Under the pieces are notes generated by a model that searched no databases, had not been told where the DNA came from, and worked only from the letters and a program-made list of their open reading frames with translations. From assembly GCA_036351795.1 (NCBI GenBank), contig JAZBPW010000150.1:1842-65841 (forward strand): a stretch of DNA of 64,000 bases, written 5' to 3'. Below, in pieces: positions 26,301-33,394 of the stretch (positions are counted from its first letter, which is position 1; each line of letters opens with the position of its first letter). This DNA is from Candidatus Zhuqueibacterota bacterium. Its GTDB lineage: Bacteria; Zhuqueibacterota; Zhuqueibacteria; Thermofontimicrobiales; Thiofontviventaceae. A program made the position numbers and the translations under genes.

Positions 26301-26428
26301 TCTGACTGAATGTATTGCCAGTTGAAATCTTCATACTGCACCTTGTTCTTGCCAAAATACTGGCTAAAAATGACCTGCGGCAGCAGCAAAAATCCTATAC
26401 ATAAACTGATCAATCTGTTCATCGTCAT
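23348..26428 (-). CDS. Outer-membrane fusion protein: N-terminal zincin-like (HExxH) module, PD40/TolB-like beta-propeller repeats and a C-terminal Omp85/BamA-type barrel
   Basis: Signal peptide. 'HVIHHELTHAV' is an HExxH motif. Repeated '..SP(N/D)G..IAF.SDR.G..(D/N)IY..' PD40 units. The C-terminal ~350 aa are rich in alternating aromatic beta-strands and end '..YYFSLGPEF' (terminal Phe). Confidence 0.7.
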   Translation of the reverse strand: MTMNRLISLCIGFLLLPQVIFSQYFGKNKVQYEDFNWQYIQSEHFDIYFTDGGESIAEFVAEISEASYKRLSKSLRYDLLDRIKIITYNSHNDFGQTNVTLSPPDESVGGFTEFFKNRVVIPFEGNWEQFRHVIHHELTHAVMLQMVYGAGTQSIITGMARLQLPLWLIEGLAEYESRGWDTESDMYIRDAALNGYVPNVSQLYGFMAYKGGQSVLYYLSEKYGQEKIGELLGKIKVSKSMVKGMKQAIGVDPEDLTEKWHMHLKREYWPDIADRKEPEEFAKKLTDHEEDRNFVNSGPALSPNGDKIAYLSDRSDYFDIYLLSAIDGKIICKLVSGQQTSNLEELHWLRAGISWSPDGEHIVFAAKAGDQDALHLVDVDKRKIVKTIKLSIDGIFSPAWSPNGEEIAFMGIENGQGDIYAYHLQTRKMRKITDDVFSDLEPTWSADGKMLTFASDRGDYLNREAVPEDFEVYRSNFYSLDIYTVDRDGYEVKRITDTRANELSPVFSSDGDRIAFVSDRKGIYNIYIHNLESGIEYPITNVLTGIFHLSWEGRVDQIAFTSFYKGGYDIYLMKNPSKVSPGEIQIQETNFIAKNGHKAFKNESFYAFDSPVEEESSEDVQAYKNYIFDSKFKDGLVQAEDDQESAFLDSSDFKLANGEYKVNNYKIKFSPDLVYGNASYSQFFGFQGATQIALSDILGNHRIYLYTNLFYDLKNSNFQGSYFYLPKKMDYGAGGFHYAYYFYTSYGWVRDRNYGFMGSLSYPFSKFRRTDFSFTWLGIDRDYLQYELETEKKRNLFFDLHLVNDTVVWGYTGPVNGTRSSYGVTYSPGYSQYSLDFLTFRADWRKYLRTGKDYNFVVRLSGGFSEGKEPQKFFLGGTPGWLNYSTRYGGIRVNDVDDIYFSSFEMPMRGGLYYERVGNRFALANLEFRFPFIRYFIMGWPLPLGLANIRGALFVDAGSAWDDNNFRAFRSSTGSLPRFDDIFMGYGFGARLNLGFFLLRFDAAWTTDLASTSPKPVYYFSLGPEF

Positions 26429-26469
26429 AATTACAAATCTCCTACTGTATCAATGAGTGATGCCCGGTA

Positions 26470-28074
26470 CTATTCTACGCGAAACTCCTCAAGGAATATC
26501 CCCAGCTTATTTGAATTCCGGTCCGTCACACTGAGAGCGAGCGTATAGGAGCCTTTCGGCAGTTCAAAATCAAATCGAAAACTCCTCCTGGCCTTCTTGT
26601 CGCTCCCTGACTCTGCTAAAACACCGATATCTTTCTGATTGGAAAGGACTTCTCTGAAATCATTATTGTAGACCACATATCTTTCAAGAAATTTTGCCGA
26701 ATACTTCCCGTCATCCTTTAAAAATTCAATGTCCTTTGCTGACAATTTATAAACCACATCAATTTTCTTTAGATCCGAAACGCTCTTTTTCACATCCAGC
26801 GCCACCTCAAAGTCCTTCATAGGGCTGTAATCTTTATACGCATCAAATCTGAATTCGTTTTTATAAATATACTCGGTTTCGATGTATGATTGATTGTTGC
26901 GGTACATGATCCTGCTCATCGGGCCGGGTTTTATACCGTTCCCGAAAATATTCGTGATATATGGTTTCACTGCAAAATCAACATCATACCGGTAATATCT
27001 CCATATTTCTTCGTACATGCCACGGCTTGTGTCCCGGTGGTCAGGGTCACCATATTTCACATACAACTCCCCCCGACTGTCCCAGGGCGCCACGCTCCAT
27101 CCTTCCCGCAGATACTGCTGAGTAAGATGTTTGAATTGCCTGCCATTCCATTCATCACCAAAGTTATCTCGCGCATACCGGACGCGTCGAAGGAATTCAT
27201 CTCTCCGTTCATTGGCATCCGTAGTCGGTGTCGGATCCCAGCGCTTCCAGAATCTTCTCAACCATTCTTCACGATCGTAGTCAGCACTCAGGGAAAAATA
27301 ATCTTCAAACTGATTCGAATCCAGTATATGCCATAACCCAAAGTTCATGAGTTCTGTATCAGACCAATCCTCCCCTTTCCTGTTCAACTGCAGATATGTT
27401 TTGTAGCGATTGGTTTCATAAAATAGCTTATCCCAGAAACTCTGATCAGATCCCTCGCTGGACAATCCCCCCTCATTCTTAGATTTCAACAGTATTTCGA
27501 TATCCGACAACGATTTCTCTTCTTCCGTAACAGGTGCCGGCGTACCTTCAATTTTCTCAATCAGCTTTTTTGACATGGCCGCGAGATCCACATCATCTCC
27601 CCTGCCAATATTCTTGAGTACAGGCAACGCGGCGCGATTTCCAAGCTCTCCTAGACTGATTGCGGCCTGGTTTCTGATATTCACATCTGGATCATCCAAT
27701 TTTTGTTTGAGAAATTCTGCGTAGCTCTCCTTACCATTCCTGACAAATGTCTCCGCCAGAAATATTTGATGAATGACCGCGTCATCGACCCAGGCGCTTT
27801 TTGGGTGTTTATCGATCACTTCCTGATACGTGAAAAACGCATCTTCCAATTCTCCCTGTTTTTCCAGAATATACGCATTCCAGAAATCAGCATCATCGCG
27901 ATAGCGGCTTTCGGGATATCTGTCCCGCAACTTGTTAAATGACTGAATGGCCTTATTCCACTTCTTTTCAATGGTCAATTTTCGCGCTTGCTTGTATAGT
28001 GTGAAGTCATTCTGACCAAACAGCGTGGAAACTTGTATGAAATGTATGACAAGCAAAACCAAGATTCGTTTCAT
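26470..28074 (-). CDS. TPR/HEAT-repeat plus GWxTD domain exported protein
   Basis: ATG at 28074 has GGGAG 6-7 nt upstream, giving signal peptide MKRILVLLVIHFIQVSTLFGQ; the ORF-track ATG at 28095 is the alternative. HEAT-like '..DPDVNIRNQAAISLGELGNRAALPVL..'. GWxTD region 'RFWKRWDPTPTTDANERRDEFLRRVRYARDNF...PWDSRGELYVKYGDPDHRD..EIWRY'. Confidence 0.75.
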   Translation of the reverse strand: MKRILVLLVIHFIQVSTLFGQNDFTLYKQARKLTIEKKWNKAIQSFNKLRDRYPESRYRDDADFWNAYILEKQGELEDAFFTYQEVIDKHPKSAWVDDAVIHQIFLAETFVRNGKESYAEFLKQKLDDPDVNIRNQAAISLGELGNRAALPVLKNIGRGDDVDLAAMSKKLIEKIEGTPAPVTEEEKSLSDIEILLKSKNEGGLSSEGSDQSFWDKLFYETNRYKTYLQLNRKGEDWSDTELMNFGLWHILDSNQFEDYFSLSADYDREEWLRRFWKRWDPTPTTDANERRDEFLRRVRYARDNFGDEWNGRQFKHLTQQYLREGWSVAPWDSRGELYVKYGDPDHRDTSRGMYEEIWRYYRYDVDFAVKPYITNIFGNGIKPGPMSRIMYRNNQSYIETEYIYKNEFRFDAYKDYSPMKDFEVALDVKKSVSDLKKIDVVYKLSAKDIEFLKDDGKYSAKFLERYVVYNNDFREVLSNQKDIGVLAESGSDKKARRSFRFDFELPKGSYTLALSVTDRNSNKLGIFLEEFRVE

Positions 28075-28084
28075 CAACAGCTCC

Positions 28085-28804
28085 CTAGGATACATTTACA
28101 AGCTGAATCTCTTTCAGTTCTGAAAATATCCTCATGTCTTTAATGCTCTTTTTCACGTATTCAAGTTCTTCGTTCGACACATCATCTTTTATATTTGATA
28201 CCTCCAGGAGTATGATCTCCAGTCGATCGAGCAGATGTTCCAACCGGACATTCTTGTCTTTCCTTGCCACCTCTTTAAGAATCATTGTTTTCTGCAATAA
28301 TTGTTGGCAATCGATATCATCCATAATATATTTCAATTCATGATAAGCGTCCATATTCGCCGTTTCAAGCAGCAACAGTTCCGTCTCAAACAGGTAATTG
28401 TTCAACAGTTTTGCATCGACAACGGATTGTTGCGCCAATGGTTGTTGCGCCGGCGTCACAAAGAGGAAGCGTCCAAGGACAAATCCCAGCAGAAGCACGG
28501 CCGTCAATTCGGCAAGCCTCACACCGAAAGATGGAACCCGAATCCAGGAATCCAGTAATTGCTGATACCATGAATCCTCTTTATAGATCGAGCTCAGATT
28601 CTGATGGTAGGAACTTATGAGTGCTCTGTCCGGTCTGGGCCGCGAGCGCCTGGACATTATCCCGGTCGTCTCTTCTATCCTGCGCAGTTCTTCAGCACAC
28701 AAAGGACATTCGGAAATATGCGCTTCAATTTCAGATAACTCGTGTCCCGCGATATCACCGTAGTGATAGTCTATTAATTTTATTTTAGTTTTGCATGTTT
28801 TCAT
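28085..28804 (-). CDS. Anti-sigma factor (zf-HC2 type, single TM)
   Basis: N-terminal 'H.SECPLCAEEL' putative zinc-finger motif and a central TM (LAELTAVLLLGFVLGRFLFV). It overlaps the sigma gene by 20 nt. Confidence 0.75.
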   Translation of the reverse strand: MKTCKTKIKLIDYHYGDIAGHELSEIEAHISECPLCAEELRRIEETTGIMSRRSRPRPDRALISSYHQNLSSIYKEDSWYQQLLDSWIRVPSFGVRLAELTAVLLLGFVLGRFLFVTPAQQPLAQQSVVDAKLLNNYLFETELLLLETANMDAYHELKYIMDDIDCQQLLQKTMILKEVARKDKNVRLEHLLDRLEIILLEVSNIKDDVSNEELEYVKKSIKDMRIFSELKEIQLVNVS

Positions 28805-29372
28805 CTTCTTTCAAAGACTCTCTTAGTTTGTTAATTGCTCTGAATAAATGGCTTCTCACTGTGCCGGGCTTGCATTCAAGAATTTTGGATATTTCATACA
28901 TGCTCATGCCATGATAGTGGCGCAACACAAATGCCTCGCGTTGTTGTTCCGACAGCGTATCCAGTGCATTTTCAATCTTCTCTTTGAGATCCTTGATCTC
29001 CAATCGCTCAAGCGGATCCTTCTCTTTATCACGAAGTATGATCCTGCCCGGCATTGGATCATCTTCATTCTGTATATTCTTATCGATTGAAACAGACGAT
29101 CTTCTGTATTTCGATCTCTTGAAATCAATAGATTGATTGACGGTTATTCGATATAGCCACGTGGAGAAAGAGGACTTGCCTTTAAACTTCCGGATACCGC
29201 TGAACACCCGCAAAAAAACTGATTGAGCGACATCCTGGGCATCGTCGTAATTTCCAAGCAAATCATAAGCCAGATATAGAACCTTGTTCCTGTACTTCTT
29301 GACTAATTTACCAAAGGCTCTCCTGTCTCCGCGCTGCGCCTTTTGAATCAATTTCTGATCAATATCAGCCAT
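28785..29372 (-). CDS. ECF-type RNA polymerase sigma-70 family factor
   Basis: 195 aa. Region 2 'DAQDVAQSVFLRVF....F.G.S.FSTWLYRITVN' and region 4 'LSEQQREAFVLRHYHGMSMYEISKILECKPGTVRSHLFRAINKLR'. Confidence 0.9.
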   Translation of the reverse strand: MADIDQKLIQKAQRGDRRAFGKLVKKYRNKVLYLAYDLLGNYDDAQDVAQSVFLRVFSGIRKFKGKSSFSTWLYRITVNQSIDFKRSKYRRSSVSIDKNIQNEDDPMPGRIILRDKEKDPLERLEIKDLKEKIENALDTLSEQQREAFVLRHYHGMSMYEISKILECKPGTVRSHLFRAINKLRESLKEDENMQN

Positions 29373-29385
29373 TCGGTACTATTTG

Positions 29386-29412
29386 GACGGTGGCAAAGTT
29401 ATTATGTTTACA
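29386..29412 (-). promoter_or_regulatory. Candidate ECF-type promoter (TGTAAAC-N16-CGTC) upstream of the sigma gene
   Basis: The minus strand reads TGTAAAC ATAATAACTTTGCCAC CGTCCAAAT, ending ~10 nt before the ATG at 29372. The AAC/CGT spacing is 16 nt, as in many ECF promoters. This would give a very short leader. Confidence 0.3.
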
Positions 29413-29582
29413 CATATTAGAATCAAAATTCAGCGTCGCCGTCCGTAGAATCGCCCTGTATGGATGTAACAGATTGATTATATTCGTCCTACTATAACAA
29501 CGCGCTTTATGGCCTTTCTCGAATGCCCTCTTCCGGCACATGTTAAATAACGATGAGCAACAAAACAATCGAATCAGGAGAA

Positions 29583-30929
29583 TCACATCATCTCTGATAT
29601 TGTGACAAATTCATATCCCTTATTTCTCATTTCGTTGATGATCATGGGAAGTTTCAGATGCGGATAGTCGTCAGTCCTCATCGTGCCCAGATGCATCAAT
29701 ACAATCGTACCATTAGCGCCATATTGGGACCCGTTTCCGTAGGACAATATTTTTTGTACAATCTCGTCGGCCGAATGATAGGCAGGAGAGTTTTTATCCG
29801 CGACCCAATCCAGCGTATCCATCCCGTTTTCCCAATTCTTCCCAAGTGTCCAGCCGACATGACGGAATCCGGCTTCGGCTGCCCAGGAACGGATATCGGC
29901 ATTATGTTCACCGTACGGCGCTCGCCAAAATGATGCCATCTTCTGACCGGTAATATGCTTATAAAGTTCGGCCACTCGTAACAGCTCCTGCCGGACGACT
30001 TCGCGGTTTATGTTCTCAAGTGTGTTGTGCCGCCTGTTCTCCGCGAAACTTGTTAAATGTGGATGTGTCCAAGTATGATTCCCAATCTCGTGCCCTTCAG
30101 CAAGCATCCGCTTGACAAGCTCCGGATACTTTCTCAAATAGATCCCGGTGAGAAACATGGTGGCTTTCACGTTTTCCTGATTGAGAATGTCCAGGATGTC
30201 AGGCGTTGCGTTATCGAGGTAGCCGCCGTCAAATGTCAGCGCGATCTTCTTTTCATCGATACTTCCACGCACAAAGTCTCTGGCCAGGAATGAACGCGTT
30301 GGAACGCCATAAGTAAAATTGATCTCTTCCAACACCACACTGCTTCCATCCTCGTTGAACGAACGCACAACAAATTGATTTTTCCCGGGTCTGGCCGTGA
30401 TACCCGTGAATTTGAATGTGCTGCCTTTCACGACCTGTGCCTCAATCAGCTTCCCCTTAGAGGAGACTGTGACAATGCGGTTCGGCTCCGTTTCTCCTTC
30501 GATCGTGAAGTTGTTCTTCATCACCATCGATCCCGGTTGAGGTGTCAGGACTGTCAGCGTATCCAGTGTATGAGCGACGCTGTCGATTGAAACCGCTGGG
30601 GGAGATTCTGCCTCGACGTCCAGAGTGTTTCGAATCTCATTGATCTTCTGCAAGTTGTTGATACCCAGAATAATGCTGATCATCAAACCAAAGAGCAATG
30701 CCGCATTGATCACATTTGAAAAATTGAGTCTTTTTTCATCCAGCATGTAAACTTTAAACTGTCTGAAAGCGGTTTTGACTGCAGCAATCACAGACACAGC
30801 CAGGCATTTATAACTGCAGAAGACTCTGTTCATGATATTGATCTGACACTGCTCACATATCAGATCGCCACAACAATGACACTTGCACTCAGTCGACATT
30901 TCAGGATGATTTTTGCACACATGTTTCAT
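29583..30929 (-). CDS. Polysaccharide deacetylase (NodB homology, CE4) with an N-terminal Cys-rich zinc-ribbon and one TM
   Basis: N-terminal CKNHPE..CKCHCCGDLICEQCQ..FCSYKC, then a TM. NodB motifs 'IALTFDGGY', 'ATMFLTG', 'GHEIGNHTWTHPHL' and 'RAPYGE'. Confidence 0.85.
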   Translation of the reverse strand: MKHVCKNHPEMSTECKCHCCGDLICEQCQINIMNRVFCSYKCLAVSVIAAVKTAFRQFKVYMLDEKRLNFSNVINAALLFGLMISIILGINNLQKINEIRNTLDVEAESPPAVSIDSVAHTLDTLTVLTPQPGSMVMKNNFTIEGETEPNRIVTVSSKGKLIEAQVVKGSTFKFTGITARPGKNQFVVRSFNEDGSSVVLEEINFTYGVPTRSFLARDFVRGSIDEKKIALTFDGGYLDNATPDILDILNQENVKATMFLTGIYLRKYPELVKRMLAEGHEIGNHTWTHPHLTSFAENRRHNTLENINREVVRQELLRVAELYKHITGQKMASFWRAPYGEHNADIRSWAAEAGFRHVGWTLGKNWENGMDTLDWVADKNSPAYHSADEIVQKILSYGNGSQYGANGTIVLMHLGTMRTDDYPHLKLPMIINEMRNKGYEFVTISEMM

Positions 30930-30947
30930 ATAAAAATCTCTGTCTGA

Positions 30948-31616
30948 TTATTGAGTATACTCGATTTTATTTTCCTTTACCAGAAATTTTTTCGATTCAC
31001 CTTTGATGACCCGGTCCCCAAAACCTGTGATCGTCATAAACGTTCTCAGGAGACTGTTCTTCAGGCCGGTCTCCTGCTTTTCAGGATCTGACATCTCTTT
31101 CAGATCAATATCTTTCACCTCTCCGCTCAACCACTTCCTAATTTCCTCATAATTTTCAACGGACAATGGCCTGAGTATCACTTCAATGATCAGGAAGTAA
31201 GTCATATCCTCGTTCATGTCTTTTACAGATGCAATCCGAAAGTTGGTAAACTCGGTGCATCTTTTTCGGACTGTCTTCATCGAGCGGGTGAGCCTTTGCT
31301 CATCCGGTGTCAGTATCACAAACTTCTCTTCCCAAAAATCATAGAAAGTCTTTATTCTGATCTCCTTTTCGGTGATCAAACGGTTCAGAAGGCCATTTGT
31401 CTTTCCCCAGAGTTGTATTTTGTATTCCAGCGTCGATGTCCGTCCCTTTCTCAATCCCTCTGTTATCTTGTCTTCCAATATTCCCTCACCCCGAAAATCG
31501 ACGGCAAGATACGAACCATGAATATTCACGGAATCAACCACGACCCTTCTTTCTGCGGCATCCAGTGATACAAACGCCAAATGAAATAAAATTATCAGGG
31601 AAAGGAATTTTTTCAT
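30948..31616 (-). CDS. Exported hypothetical protein (DUF4390-like layout)
   Basis: Signal peptide. The pattern 'YLAVDFRGEGILEDKITEGLRKG.TSTLEYKIQLW' resembles what I recall of DUF4390. There is a 2-nt gap to prmA upstream. Confidence 0.45.
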   Translation of the reverse strand: MKKFLSLIILFHLAFVSLDAAERRVVVDSVNIHGSYLAVDFRGEGILEDKITEGLRKGRTSTLEYKIQLWGKTNGLLNRLITEKEIRIKTFYDFWEEKFVILTPDEQRLTRSMKTVRKRCTEFTNFRIASVKDMNEDMTYFLIIEVILRPLSVENYEEIRKWLSGEVKDIDLKEMSDPEKQETGLKNSLLRTFMTITGFGDRVIKGESKKFLVKENKIEYTQ

Positions 31617-31618
31617 TT

Positions 31619-32476
31619 TTACTCATTCTTTGTGACCACAAAACCGAGCCACTCGTCCTGCTCTGCTTCTTCCAATACATCCATGTGGTTCTCTTTCAAA
31701 TGATCCGATATCAATTCCCGTTCTGAGATGAGAATACCCGACAGGATCAGCAATCCCCCTTTTTTAAGATGTGCTCTCAATTCCGTCATCATATTGGTGA
31801 TAGCAGTTCTGTTGATGTTCGCCAGAATCGTATCGAACGATACAGATCTCAGACAATGGATTGTGCCGGCGAATAACTGGATGCGCGACAAGACTTCGTT
31901 ACGTTTGCAGTTCTCACGGGCGGTCGCGACGGCAACAGGATCGATATCAAAAGCAATGATGTCCACGGGTTTCATAAGCGCGGCTGCAATCGAGAGAATC
32001 CCTGAACCGGTGCCGACATCCAGTGTTGCACCGATACTAAGAGCATTTCGCCGTAACAATGTCAGCGCAAGCTGCGTTGTCGCGTGTGCCCCGCTTCCGA
32101 ATGCCATCTGCGGATCGAGCTCGATAACCAGCGTACCAGCATCTTTTTCGAGTGCAGTCCACGTCGGTTTAATGACCAGATCGTCCGTCACATGGATGGG
32201 CTTGAGCGCTCTTTTCCAGGATTCATTCCAGTCCACGTCTTCAATTTCATTCACATCCATGGATTCAGGAGAAATATTGAATCCGAGTTCCTTCAGATCA
32301 TTGAAATAGATCTTCAGCTCAGCCTCTGCTTCGTGGGACCACTCCTCAGCCTTGAAATAGGCTCGCATCAGATTTTCAAAAACTGAGACGCCAACACTGC
32401 CAAGCTCAAACATCCGGTTAGAGACAGCATCCTCGAATTCGTCGGTAACAGTAATTTTCACTTCAATCCACTGCAT
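31619..32476 (-). CDS. prmA: Ribosomal protein L11 methyltransferase
   Basis: 'WNESWKRALKPIHVTDDLVIKPTW' plus the SAM motif 'LDVGTGSGILSIAA'. 285 aa. Confidence 0.85.
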   Translation of the reverse strand: MQWIEVKITVTDEFEDAVSNRMFELGSVGVSVFENLMRAYFKAEEWSHEAEAELKIYFNDLKELGFNISPESMDVNEIEDVDWNESWKRALKPIHVTDDLVIKPTWTALEKDAGTLVIELDPQMAFGSGAHATTQLALTLLRRNALSIGATLDVGTGSGILSIAAALMKPVDIIAFDIDPVAVATARENCKRNEVLSRIQLFAGTIHCLRSVSFDTILANINRTAITNMMTELRAHLKKGGLLILSGILISERELISDHLKENHMDVLEEAEQDEWLGFVVTKNE

Positions 32477-32482
32477 CGGTCA

Positions 32483-33382
32483 TCAAAACTGAGTATTGTT
32501 CACGATGACGTTAAGCGCCTTTGGCATCACAGAGACCGTCATCTTTTTGTTTTTGCCCTCGTACACTTCCCCGTCCAGTTGGAAAATGTCGGCCTTTTCG
32601 CGGGATATAGTAAACGCTTTGCTCTGATAGAATTCTACGTAAGGCGCTTTTTCGATCTGTCCCAAGAATAGTTTGGGGAGATGCAGCATCGTCGGAATCA
32701 ACTTCACCGATCGAATAATGCATAAATCGAGCAAACCATCATCCGGTACGGCTTGTGGAGCAATGATGGCATTGTTTCCATACTGTTTCACGTTCACGAC
32801 CGCCACCAGCAACGCCTTCACCTTGATTTTCTTCTTATCGAATTTGATTTTGAATTCGGGTTGTTTGTACGTGAAAAACTCTTTTACACCGGCAAGATAA
32901 TATGGCGCCGGACCCCTAAATTTGTATTCCGAAAATTTCTTTCCGATTGCCGCATCGAATCCATATCCAGAGGTTGCGAAAAAATATTTATCATCCACTA
33001 CACCGACATCAATTTTTCTGATATTACCGATTGTGATCAACCGCACCGCTTTTCTGATGAGCAGCGGAATACCGAGCCCCCGTGCCAGGCCATTGCCCGA
33101 CCCTATGGGTATGATGCCAAAGTGACATTCTGTATTCAACAGGGCCGACGCTGTTTCGTTCACCGTTCCGTCCCCACCCACGGCTACCACAATATCGCAA
33201 GAGGCCTCCACAGCCTCCTTTGCCAGTTCTGTCGCGTGCCCAATGCCTTCTGTGAGCACAATATCATATTCGCACAGATTTGGCGGGAAATATCTTTCGA
33301 TCAATCTCCTGATATAGGCGATCGGATGAATGATTCCCGAATTGGGATTGTAAATAAACCGTATTTTTTTCCCGCGAGCCAT
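32483..33382 (-). CDS. Diacylglycerol-kinase-family lipid kinase (YegS/BmrU type)
   Basis: 'IVVAVGGDGTVNE' and 'GIIPIGSGNGLARGLGIP' are DAGK catalytic-domain motifs. 299 aa. Confidence 0.8.
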   Translation of the reverse strand: MARGKKIRFIYNPNSGIIHPIAYIRRLIERYFPPNLCEYDIVLTEGIGHATELAKEAVEASCDIVVAVGGDGTVNETASALLNTECHFGIIPIGSGNGLARGLGIPLLIRKAVRLITIGNIRKIDVGVVDDKYFFATSGYGFDAAIGKKFSEYKFRGPAPYYLAGVKEFFTYKQPEFKIKFDKKKIKVKALLVAVVNVKQYGNNAIIAPQAVPDDGLLDLCIIRSVKLIPTMLHLPKLFLGQIEKAPYVEFYQSKAFTISREKADIFQLDGEVYEGKNKKMTVSVMPKALNVIVNNTQF

Positions 33383-33394
33383 TATAGAATTCCT

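Noticed and set aside
29365-29586. 73-aa minus-strand ORF filling the spacer upstream of the ECF sigma gene
   Set aside because: It is Cys/Arg-rich and overlaps both neighbouring genes' ends. The region is better explained as the promoter region of the sigma operon.
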